A stretch of DNA of 64,000 nt from Paludibacteraceae bacterium (GTDB lineage Bacteria; Bacteroidota; Bacteroidia; Bacteroidales; Paludibacteraceae). The notes beneath the pieces were generated by a model. It was not told where the DNA came from and made no database searches. It saw only the letters and a program-made list of their open reading frames with translations. Positions 44,795 through 53,600 of the stretch are shown piece after piece; within the stretch, counting starts at the first letter, position 1; each line of letters opens with the position of its first letter. Location: the NCBI GenBank assembly GCA_045639365.1, contig JAZUCY010000010.1, forward strand, positions 20,615 through 84,614, written 5' to 3'. The position numbers and the translations under genes were made by a program.

Positions 44795-45013
44795 TCATTC
44801 CGTTACCATTTCCTTACTGTCCCGCATTTTCCCCTTATTCCCAGCGTATTTTTCTGCGAATCGTCGTCGGGCTTCTATTTGGGCTGCTGTAGGGGGATGT
44901 CGTCTGTTGGGGCAGCGTTGTATGATTTGCTTGCCATACATCACTCGTGCATAGAAATCGCTTCCTATTTTTCCATGCACACTCTCAAAGGGTAACATTA
45001 CTTTCGCTTTCAT
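44795..45013 (-). CDS. hypothetical basic protein (72 aa)
   Basis: ORF only. It lies between the DUF4248 and VirE-like genes. Its last codons lie in the CCGTTACC word repeat. Confidence 0.35.
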   Translation of the reverse strand: MKAKVMLPFESVHGKIGSDFYARVMYGKQIIQRCPNRRHPPTAAQIEARRRFAEKYAGNKGKMRDSKEMVTE

Positions 45014-45171
45014 AATTTCGATCTGATTTTCGTTTTTAATTTGGTGTTATTTTCCATGTCGCTCGCTGTGTTGTTTCGAGCGAAACAAGTTGTTGGATAA
45101 AGTTGTTCTCTCATTGCCGATTGCCGCACTGCCAACCTTTTTTTATTCTACACCCGCGCGCGGGTGTAGGT

Positions 45172-46704
45172 TTAATATATGTTGTCACTGTCGGCAATTT
45201 TTGTTTTGGCTAACTGCTTCCTTTCGGCGTTAATATCTTCACTATCACGCTCATATACTATCCAGCCGCGTCGTGCAGGAGTTCCTTTCCTCTTGGCAAT
45301 AAATCCTTGCCGATGGAGTATGGCACCCAATTGATTCAGGCGCATGGGGCATTTTATATTGCCACGGCTTACTAATTTCTCACTTATTTCTGCTGTGGTT
45401 AGGAATTTGGCATTTGTGCTACCTTCTGCTGGTACGGCAAAATATACCATCAGCAACTGCTCTTCGTTGCTCTCATCGCGGAAATGCTGATTGTGTTCTT
45501 CCAGTACCTCTATCTCGTCCAACTCAAACCAGTAGCTGAAGATTGGATCCTGTGCCAGTGCCCATGCCTGCGCATACATCAGATCATAGGGTAGAGTCGT
45601 GAAGAATGGGTTTTGTATGCTCTCCACCTCAAACGGTAACCAGCGACGATTGCCTGTGATGTCGGTCAGGAAGTCGCGACGGTTACCGCTTGCGCAGAAA
45701 CTGGCAAGGCGTACCCTGCGTTCTTTGCTGTAGGCGTATGGAGCGCGTTCGTTGACGTCGCTGCTGGTTATCAGTGATTTTAGTTGGTTCAGTTCGCGAC
45801 TATGGAGAGCATCTATTTCGTCCATGTTTATCAGTCCGAACTCTGCGATGCGTAGGCGTTCATCTTTGTTCAAGTCGCTTATATTGCTCATTTTGCAGCA
45901 GTACGAACGCAGTTCGGGTGGGATGAGGTGTTCCAACCAGGTAGTCTTGTAGATGCCTTGTTTGCCTATCAATACCAATACTTGGTGATTCACCACCTCA
46001 TCCCTCATCCAGCTCGCCACCATCGCCACAAACCACTTCTTGAAGCACCTGCGCCAGAGGGCATCAGCGGGATTGTTTTGTGGGGACAAGGGTGTTGATT
46101 TTTCTGAAGACAACATAGACAACTCTTCCGCTTCGCCGTACGCAACGCGATCGTTCGAACGAAGTGAGATAAGAACATTGCTCAGCGGCGAGGATAATAT
46201 AGCATCCTTGGCAAGCGCCAATGTTGGGCGCGGCGGGGTCCCCGAAAAATCTGCTGATTTTTGGGGTGCACTGCAGAGGTTGTTTAAGTTGTCTTTATTA
46301 ATCCCACACTCCGTTTTGTCGTTCCCTTTCACGTGAACCTGCCTCGCCACCATGTCTATCCAGTCGGGTTGGTCGGGGGTGTAGGGCTTGAGCGAGAGGA
46401 TATACTCGCGCAGGGGGTGCACATCGGGGATAAGGTCCGATTGTAGTGCGGTGATGACTTCTCGGTAGCTGATATTGGCGTCATACTCTTGCGCGCATTG
46501 ACACACGATGCTGTTTATATCTTGCCGTGTCATTTCCCGCCATAATTCTTGCCTCTCGCCTCTTGCCTCTCGCCTCTCGCCTTTATCACTTAAGCTATGC
46601 GCGCGCTGCACTTGCAGTTTATCGCTGACCACATCGTGCCGTATTCGCCCGAAGTCCAAATAATTCTCTCGAATATATCGTATTACAATTGCCTGTTTAT
46701 TCAT
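45172..46704 (-). CDS. VirE/VapE (virulence-associated protein E)-like P-loop protein with an N-terminal BT4734-like region
   Basis: 510 aa. It has FKKWFVAMVASWM, the P-loop-like LVLIGKQGIYKTTW, INMDEID and NRRWLPFEV. Two low-complexity stretches appear to be inserted relative to my memory of the family. Confidence 0.7.
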   Translation of the reverse strand: MNKQAIVIRYIRENYLDFGRIRHDVVSDKLQVQRAHSLSDKGERREARGERQELWREMTRQDINSIVCQCAQEYDANISYREVITALQSDLIPDVHPLREYILSLKPYTPDQPDWIDMVARQVHVKGNDKTECGINKDNLNNLCSAPQKSADFSGTPPRPTLALAKDAILSSPLSNVLISLRSNDRVAYGEAEELSMLSSEKSTPLSPQNNPADALWRRCFKKWFVAMVASWMRDEVVNHQVLVLIGKQGIYKTTWLEHLIPPELRSYCCKMSNISDLNKDERLRIAEFGLINMDEIDALHSRELNQLKSLITSSDVNERAPYAYSKERRVRLASFCASGNRRDFLTDITGNRRWLPFEVESIQNPFFTTLPYDLMYAQAWALAQDPIFSYWFELDEIEVLEEHNQHFRDESNEEQLLMVYFAVPAEGSTNAKFLTTAEISEKLVSRGNIKCPMRLNQLGAILHRQGFIAKRKGTPARRGWIVYERDSEDINAERKQLAKTKIADSDNIY

Positions 46705-46767
46705 ATCCTTGCCTTTAACCTCTAACCTTTAACCTTATCGCCTTTCGCCTTTCGCCTCTAACCTAAT
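46705..46767. repeat. nine tandem degenerate heptamers between the XRE stop and the VirE start
   Basis: The plus strand reads ATCCTTG CCTTTAA CCTCTAA CCTTTAA CCTTATC GCCTTTC GCCTTTC GCCTCTA ACCTAAT. The minus-strand words have the form (A/G)AGG(C/T)NA. The XRE stop codon (46758-46760) lies inside the array. Confidence 0.9.
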
Positions 46768-47078
46768 CCCTCTATCACCTTCTTCAACCGTTTAAACGTA
46801 TCGTAGTGTGGGATAGTCATTTCGATAATGATGTGTTGTTCTGCGGTGCATTGGTATTGTATTTGTGGTTCTGAAACGAGTTCGCTTACGGGTATTTGGA
46901 AGTAGTTAGCGAATAGTTCCAGATGTCGAAAGGTGATGTTTCTTTTACCGCTGATGATTCGGCTTAGGTGTGCGGGGTCGATTATCATTTCTCGACTCAT
47001 TTCTTGCAGGCTAACTTCGTGTTTGTTGATCAGTCGTAGTACATTGGTGCGTACTACTTTTTCCAATGTTTGTTTCAT
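46758..47078 (-). CDS. XRE family helix-turn-helix transcriptional regulator
   Basis: 106 aa. The stretch LQEMSREMIIDPAHLSRIISGKRNITFRHLELFANYF is a typical HTH_3. It is divergent from the kinase-like gene. Confidence 0.75.
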   Translation of the reverse strand: MKQTLEKVVRTNVLRLINKHEVSLQEMSREMIIDPAHLSRIISGKRNITFRHLELFANYFQIPVSELVSEPQIQYQCTAEQHIIIEMTIPHYDTFKRLKKVIEGLG

Positions 47079-47254
47079 TTTTTTGTGTTTATGGGTTAAT
47101 AGTTAATTTTCTGCTTCGGTATGTATTTCCGAACGCGCTGCAAAATTACCTCTTTTCTCTTACATATCTATTGACCCATTGGCACGTATTCTTTGACCTT
47201 TATCTCTTTTGGCACGAACCTCCTTTTTAGCAAGTTCCTGTCATTGGTTATACC

Positions 47255-47397
47255 CACGGCGTGTTCGCCGTGTCTTCCTTTTCCCCTCCCGTTGGTTTTG
47301 TGCTCGCGGCTACCCCCGCGAGTCTTTCTCTGTCCATTTTCCCGAATGACATTCGTGTTCCCTTGCCTTTACACCTTACACGCTACACTTTTACACC
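47255..47397 (+). repeat. structured ~122-bp repeat, copy A, plus a TTACAC heptamer tail
   Basis: The core 47255-47375 has 1 mismatch in ~105 nt against copies B and C. It contains the dyads CACGGCG-N4-CGCCGTG, CTCGCGG-N6-CCGCGAG and CGAATG-A-CATTCG. Confidence 0.9.
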
Positions 47398-47427
47398 AAA
47401 ACATTTGTTCAATCCAAAATAAATTTG

Positions 47428-47435
47428 TACCTTTG
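47428..47435 (+). promoter_or_regulatory. -7 promoter box TACCTTTG for the kinase-like gene
   Basis: TAnnTTTG match 32 nt upstream of the ATG at 47467. Confidence 0.55.
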
Positions 47436-47466
47436 CACCCGTAAAGGTTGAATCACTGAAAAAATA

Positions 47467-48273
47467 ATGAATCATCAAAGTCCAAATAGTACATCCATGA
47501 TTGATTTTGAGTCGATCTATGTCGCTATTCGCGATAATGGTTTTTCAGAGCAAACAATACAACTAATTGATAACTATACTAACAATATACTCAATGGAAA
47601 AACAAACCTTACTCAATTCAATCAAGCGGAGCATGCAGGTCTCTGCTGCGCAGGTGAGATGCTCATTGGGGCGTACATCGTCAGCAGCTACGCGCGAACA
47701 AGCCTTGCAACAAGTGCAAATGCTTCAACAAGCCAAGTTGGCCCAGCAAATTGGCAAATAGATGAACTTCAAGAAAAACTAGTTCAGCAATGGGCAGAAG
47801 CCCGTGGCGTATGGTTTGATAATGCAGAAAAAGAAATCGAAGCTGAATATGGTTCGATGATTGCGCAAGGCGCAGAAGCAAAAGTGTATTATCAGAATGG
47901 AGATACATCTGTAATTAAACTTCGCACCTCTATCTATGCTACACTCGAAAGAGCGTTGGAAGCTATTATTTTGCATAATACGTTGTTTCCAGAAACACCG
48001 ATGAATGTCATCGGATTCACACGCGATACGGATGGATTGTTCCGTACAATCTGCACTCAACCCTATGTGACATGCAAAAGGTTGGCCACCAAGCAGGAAA
48101 TAGATCAGATGGTATCTAAAAAAGGTTTTCGTGATAACTGTGATGGTAAAGGTGTCAATTATATTAGCGAACGTTTGCATTTAGAAGATATGCACCCTGC
48201 TAATGTGTTTATTGACTCTGTGTCAGATATGCCAGTTTGTATTGATTGCATAGTGAAGTTTGTAAGACACTAA
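47467..48273 (+). CDS. hypothetical protein with a C-terminal Bud32/RIO-like minimal protein-kinase fold
   Basis: 268 aa. It has a Gly-rich-loop-like IAQGAEAKVYY, the lysine in SVIKL, a catalytic-loop-like LEDMHPANVFID (D-x4-N) and a metal-binding-like CIDCIV. Assigned by eye. Confidence 0.5.
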   Translation: MNHQSPNSTSMIDFESIYVAIRDNGFSEQTIQLIDNYTNNILNGKTNLTQFNQAEHAGLCCAGEMLIGAYIVSSYARTSLATSANASTSQVGPANWQIDELQEKLVQQWAEARGVWFDNAEKEIEAEYGSMIAQGAEAKVYYQNGDTSVIKLRTSIYATLERALEAIILHNTLFPETPMNVIGFTRDTDGLFRTICTQPYVTCKRLATKQEIDQMVSKKGFRDNCDGKGVNYISERLHLEDMHPANVFIDSVSDMPVCIDCIVKFVRH

Positions 48274-48384
48274 TCATACCGTTGATCACAGACGTAAAAC
48301 AGCAAACTAACTCATAATTCAAAATTAGAAAAATTGCCTATAAATAACCTGAGGCGGTAAAGTCGCACCGAGCAGCGTCCTGTT

Positions 48385-48600
48385 CACGGCGGTGGTCCGC
48401 CGTGTCTTCCTTTTCCCCTCCCGTTGGTTTTGTGCTCGCGGCTACCCCCGCGAGTCTTTCTTTGTCCATTTTCCCGAATGACATTCGTGTTCCCTTGCCT
48501 TTACACCCTACACCTTACACTCTACACTCTCGACTTGGCTGTCTTGTGCACGGCGGTAGTCCGCCGTGTCCCCTTCCCTTTACACTTTACGCCCTACACC
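48385..48600 (+). repeat. structured repeat copy B (48385-48507) plus an internally deleted second copy (48547-48600)
   Basis: It has the same three dyads as copy A. The second partial copy keeps the CACGGCGG-N4-CCGCCGTG hairpin and the CCTTTACAC tail but lacks the central ~75 nt. Confidence 0.9.
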
Positions 48601-48651
48601 CCAAAATCTCCCTAAAATACGATTTTATTTGCACAATCCAAAATATTTCAC

Positions 48652-48659
48652 TACCTTTG
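48652..48659 (+). promoter_or_regulatory. -7 promoter box TACCTTTG for the DUF1016 gene
   Basis: TAnnTTTG match 39 nt upstream of the ATG at 48698. Confidence 0.55.
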
Positions 48660-48697
48660 CAGGCGAATAAGGATATTGTATCTCAAAGCCCCAAGAT

Positions 48698-49798
48698 ATG
48701 GAACAATTCAGTTATCCCAATCTCCTTGCACAAGTGAAGGAGCGTGTGAAGTTAGCTCAGCAACGGGCTATATATGCTGCTAATGATGAGTTACTGCGCA
48801 TGTATTGGGACATTGGGCATATCTTATACGAGGAGAAAAAGAAAATCGGTTGGGGTAATGGTGCGTTGAAACGTTTGTCTGAAGATATGCACAACTACTA
48901 TCCCGAAATCAAGGGCTTTTCTGTGCGTAACTGCCAATGTATGATTCAGTTCTATGAAGAATACAACCAAGAACTGACCCTACCCAAATCGGGGACTCTA
49001 ATTGCGCAACTGCCAGTTGCGCAATTAGGCGAGGCAAAAACGCAACCAGCGGTTGCGCAATTACCAGAGTACAATTTCACACTTCCTATTATACATCTGT
49101 CATGGACGCACAATATCATTCTTATTCAGCGTGTTAAGGATATTCAAGCACGATATTGGTACATGATTCAGTCCATTGCTAATCATTGGTCAAAAGACTT
49201 TCTTATTGATGCTATCAAATTAGACTTCTATAAGAAACATGGTGCATTAGCCAACAATTTCGATATAGTCCTACCGCAACCAGAGGCAGCCGAAGTCAAA
49301 TCCATGCTCAAAGATCCATATGTCTTTGATATGCTTACTTTTACCGAAAGGTTTGACGAGGCAGATATAGAATTGGGACTAGTGAAAGAAATTGAGAAGT
49401 TCTTATTGGAGATGGGTACGGGCTTTGCTTTCATGGGACGACAATACCATTTGGATGTATGTGGCGATGATTATTATATTGACTTATTGATGTATAATAC
49501 TTTTATGCATAGGTATATGGTCATTGAGTTGAAGAACACAGAATTCATGCCAGAGTATATTGGTAAACTCAACTTCTATTGTTCCGCAGTTGATGATATC
49601 TTGTGTCGCGAAGGCGATAACCAAACTATTGGTTTGTTGCTTTGTCGTAGCAAAGATAAGATTAAAGCCGAATATGCGTTGCGTGACATTAACAAACCAA
49701 TAGGTGTTTCTGATTACGAACTCGGCAATGCTCTACCAAAAGACATACGATCTTCTCTACCCTCTATTGAGGATATAGAACGAGATTTAAACGAATAA
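48698..49798 (+). CDS. DUF1016 (YhcG-like) PDDEXK nuclease family protein
   Basis: 366 aa. The N-terminus LLAQVKERVKLAQQRAIYAANDELLRMYWDIGHIL is typical of the family. The C-terminal DLLMYNTFMHRYMVIELK is a D...E.K nuclease core. Confidence 0.75.
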   Translation: MEQFSYPNLLAQVKERVKLAQQRAIYAANDELLRMYWDIGHILYEEKKKIGWGNGALKRLSEDMHNYYPEIKGFSVRNCQCMIQFYEEYNQELTLPKSGTLIAQLPVAQLGEAKTQPAVAQLPEYNFTLPIIHLSWTHNIILIQRVKDIQARYWYMIQSIANHWSKDFLIDAIKLDFYKKHGALANNFDIVLPQPEAAEVKSMLKDPYVFDMLTFTERFDEADIELGLVKEIEKFLLEMGTGFAFMGRQYHLDVCGDDYYIDLLMYNTFMHRYMVIELKNTEFMPEYIGKLNFYCSAVDDILCREGDNQTIGLLLCRSKDKIKAEYALRDINKPIGVSDYELGNALPKDIRSSLPSIEDIERDLNE

Positions 49799-50006
49799 TA
49801 CTAATATCCAATTGCCAAAAGATCCTCCGCGAGAACCATATCCTCATCCTCCGCGAGGGTAGGATGTACACCATCATGGGCGCAGAGGTCAAATAACCCA
49901 CACAAGACAATCACAGCATGACAATAAAAGCGCTCGCAGGATTATTGATTGCGAGCGCAAATTGTCGGTATTGTCGTTGATAACCATTCCCATTGTTTGT
50001 TCTGTG

Positions 50007-50150
50007 CACGGCGATTTTCCGCCGTGTCTTCCTTTTCCCCTCCCGTTGGTTTTGTGCTCGCGGCTACCCCCGCGAGTCTTTCTTTGTCCATTTTCCCGAA
50101 TGACATTCGTGTTCCCTTGCCTTTACACCTTACACTTTGCACCTTATACT
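50007..50150 (+). repeat. structured repeat copy C plus a TTACAC tail
   Basis: The core 50007-50129 is identical to copy B outside the hairpin loop. Confidence 0.9.
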
Positions 50151-50223
50151 AAAAAAACACCCCTAATCCCCTATAATTTTACACTTTTTTTGCATTTTCC
50201 TTGTTGGGTTAAAAAAATAATTG

Positions 50224-50231
50224 TATCTTTG
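50224..50231 (+). promoter_or_regulatory. -7 promoter box TATCTTTG starting a ~310-nt leader or ncRNA upstream of the LRR gene
   Basis: TAnnTTTG match 379 nt upstream of the ATG at 50610. Confidence 0.5.
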
Positions 50232-50502
50232 CAGTCGAATCTCGCTGGAAGGGATATGTCCTCAGCGAAAAGTGTTTCGCATGGTACTTTCTATAGGGTA
50301 GGTTCAGACATATTGATAGCGTTTATTGACGCTTTGTGTTTGATGTACGAAACTTAGCAACTTTCACAAAAACAGTCAAAATCAAAGTAATCAGTAGATG
50401 CCTATGGGTGTGACATTACACCTGCTTTGTCGTATCTCGGCAAGGCGGTTTGTCATATCAGCGTAGGTTTCTTGTTGTTTATTTGACTGTTGGGTAATGC
50501 TA

Positions 50503-50546
50503 AGACCTCGTGCATTAGTAAACAGCATGAGGTCTGCGCTTTTTTG
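50503..50546 (+). terminator. intrinsic terminator or attenuator inside the leader of the 1337-aa LRR gene
   Basis: 11-bp stem AGACCTCGTGC(50503-50513)/GCATGAGGTCT(50525-50535) with 1 G-U pair, followed by GCGCTTTTTTG. It lies 64 nt before the ATG. Confidence 0.6.
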
Positions 50547-50609
50547 TTTACTATGGAAAACAAATCAAAGAATAAATAATAATATTAACAATAAAAAACT
50601 CAAAACATT

Positions 50610-53600
50610 ATGAAACGAGTGTACTTTTTCTTAGCAACCCTTCTTGGTCTGCTATCCGTTCTCCCTATGTCGGGACAAACAATCACAGTCAAAGCTAAAG
50701 TTCCAGCTCATTGGACGAATACTATTACCGCATGGGTCTGGGAAACAGATGGTGATAGTTATGCTGTAACACCAATCAAAGAAGGGGATTGGTATTCATA
50801 CACTCATACTGGCGCAAGTTTTAATATTATTTATCGAAATGGTGAGGATTGGACTGATGCTGCTAATCAAACGGTTGATATTACCAATATCAAAACGAAC
50901 ACTTGTTTTGCTCTTAGTCAAACGGGTGCAGAAAAAGCGGTGTACACTATTGTAGATTGTGAAACAGGTGAGGACATAACCAATACTGATTCTGTTTTTG
51001 CAAATGTGCTTATTTCCCAATCAGATGTGGAATTAACTATTCTTAATGATACTTTATATCCTTGGGTATATGATGCTACCAATGCTTGTATTACTAATAG
51101 CAACAAAGGAATCAAGTACTCTTCTGCAATACTATCTTTGTCTTATAAATCAGATTATGTAACCGAATTTCAAGTAGATTGGTTATCTTATAATTATTCT
51201 GCTCATCAACCTCTACAATTATATATTGATGGTGTATTAACCAAAACAACCAATAGTAGTTCTTATTCTACACCTCGTTATTATTTGCCCGCAGGTGAGC
51301 ATATTATCACTTTCCGTGATTCAATTGGAAATTCTTCATCAACTAACAATTATAGTCGCATATCTAATCTCCGCATCCACGAAATACTTCCTCTTGACAC
51401 CGCTGATTTCGTATCATATTCCGATGTGGATATTACTATTATCAATGATTCAATATACCCGTGGATACATAATGAAGGAACTACATATATTACCAACAGT
51501 AATTGTGGTTTTGCATATACAACATCTACACTATCTTTGTCTTATAAATCAGATTATGCAACCGAATTTCAAGTAGATTGGTATTCTTATAATTATTCTG
51601 CTCATCAACCTCTACAATTATATATTGATGGTGTATTAATACAAACAACTAGTAGTAGTTCTTACTCTACTCTACGTTATTATTTGCCCGCAGGTGAGCA
51701 TATTATCACTTTCCGCGACTCAATAAGTAACTCTTCATCAACTTATAACTATAGTTGTATTAAGAATCTCCGTATTCGCGAAATTCTTCCTTTTGAAGAT
51801 ATTGTCTTAACCGAAAACTCTCAACAACTTACTTTTACGAATGATAGTGTTTTCCCATGGACTATCGAAGATGGATATATCCAAAGTAGTAACTATGGTT
51901 TTACTGATGCAGTTTCTGCATTTTCAACAAGTTTTACAATAGATAAACCATCTATTTTTAGATGGACTAGTGGCTCTATAAAAATGGGTAATAATACCAG
52001 TGGATCGCATTTTTTTATGGTAAGGATAAATAATGAACTTGCTTATGGAAATAAAATATTTTTAGAGCCAGGAACATACGAGGTGGTATTTAAGGATAGT
52101 ATAAAAGGGTTGAGTGATAATGCTACGTATGTGTCTAATATAGAACTTTCATCAAGTTGGATAAATATAGATATGCCATCGGAAGGAATGTTAGGTGTAG
52201 AAGTATTGCAACAAGTAGATATCCTGCAAGATGTAGAATTGCTAAAGGTAAAAGGTAAATTGAATGCAGACGACTTGGCAAAAATCAAGCAAATGACATA
52301 TTTGGTTGGATTAGACTTGTCCGAAGCATCATTCGATGCATTACCTGTCTCCGCTTTTTCTTCCTTACCTTATTTATATGATGTAAAATTACCTGAGGGT
52401 TTGCTTTCAATAGGTGAAAGTGCATTTCTCAATACAAGAATACAACATATTGATATTCCTTCTACTGTCACCTCCATTGGTAAATCGGCATTCTCTCAAA
52501 CTCCTATACAAACTATTACTTTTGCAGAAAATGCGCAACTGCACTCTATAGGTTATCAAGCATTTTATAAATGTAGTCGCTTGAAAGAGTTTATAATGCC
52601 CAATACGGTAAAAAGTTTAGGATATAGTAGTTATCGTAGTGATTGTTTTTATGAGTGCACCGCATTAGAGACATTACATTTTTCAGACTCTATAACATAT
52701 ATACCCGATTATACCTGCTACAAATGTAGTAGTTTGAAAGATTTATCGTTGCCTAAAATGCTAACAGCAATTTGGGATTATGCTTTTTGCAACAATGCAC
52801 AGTTACGACATATCGTTTTCCCAGAAACTACAACATCAATATATCCTTATGCTTTTCAAAATTGTGTATTGGATACCGCCAAATTACCAATTCACTTAAC
52901 TTATTTAGGCGAATATGCATTCTACAATTGTGATAGTCTTAGATATATTGAATTACCTTCACACATTAGTCACTATAATGTGAACTTTTATGATTGCAAT
53001 GGTATCAACACTATAGTGTGTCCAGCCGCAACGCCACCTTTAATTGCATCTAATCCGTTAAGCAATGGAGCTTCAAAATCAAATATTACGTTGTATGTAC
53101 CTTCATTTGCTTTACTTAATTACAAATTAGACAATTATTGGTACGGATTTGGAGAAATTCTTCCGATGGATGAAGACCCTATAGACTGGACTATTGGCAG
53201 TGATATGACACTCTATAATGATAGCCCTATTAAGGTTGAACCCAATGTTAAGCTAACTTTTGGTGAAGACAATAGTGCACAATATAGTGGTAGTCTTACC
53301 GTAAATGGTAATGAAACGCTGTCAATGAGTTCTTTCTATATTCCATGGCCGCATAATAATCAATATGTAAATCCAGATGAAACGAAGATTTATTGTTCAC
53401 TAATTAATAATTCCAATCTTCGAGCTGATAACGTTGAGATTACCATTGCAAATAGAAATGATATTTGGACATTTGTGACTTTCCCTTATGACGTGAAAAT
53501 TTCTGACATCACTTTTACGTATAGTGGAAGCACCAATTATGTAATTCGCAAATACGATGGACAAAAACGAGCAGATGGAGAAACAAACTCCACATGGGTA

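Noticed and set aside
47193-47444. The track ORFs 47193..47444, 48402..48737, 48424..48615, 49949..50152, 49962..50357 and 49942..50142(-), which have similar 'proteins' (LPPRVFLCPFSRMTFVFPCLYTLH...).
   Set aside because: The similarity is simply the translated 122-bp DNA repeat. The ORFs have no consistent start, run across promoter boxes and hairpins, and are Pro/Leu/Phe/Cys low-complexity.
49930-49958. The hairpin GCGCTCGCA/TGCGAGCGC as the terminator of the DUF1016 gene.
   Set aside because: It has a good stem but no T-run on either side, so I did not list it as a terminator. It may belong to the dispersed repeat family, since GACAATACCGACAA lies adjacent.
47255-50150. The three 122-bp repeats as integron attC sites delimiting gene cassettes.
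   Set aside because: There is no integron integrase or attI. The element does not form a single long imperfect hairpin with R''/R' (RYYYAAC/GTTRRRY) ends. It has only three short local dyads, and it lies upstream of promoters rather than downstream of promoterless ORFs. The idea is kept only as a minor alternative in the finding.
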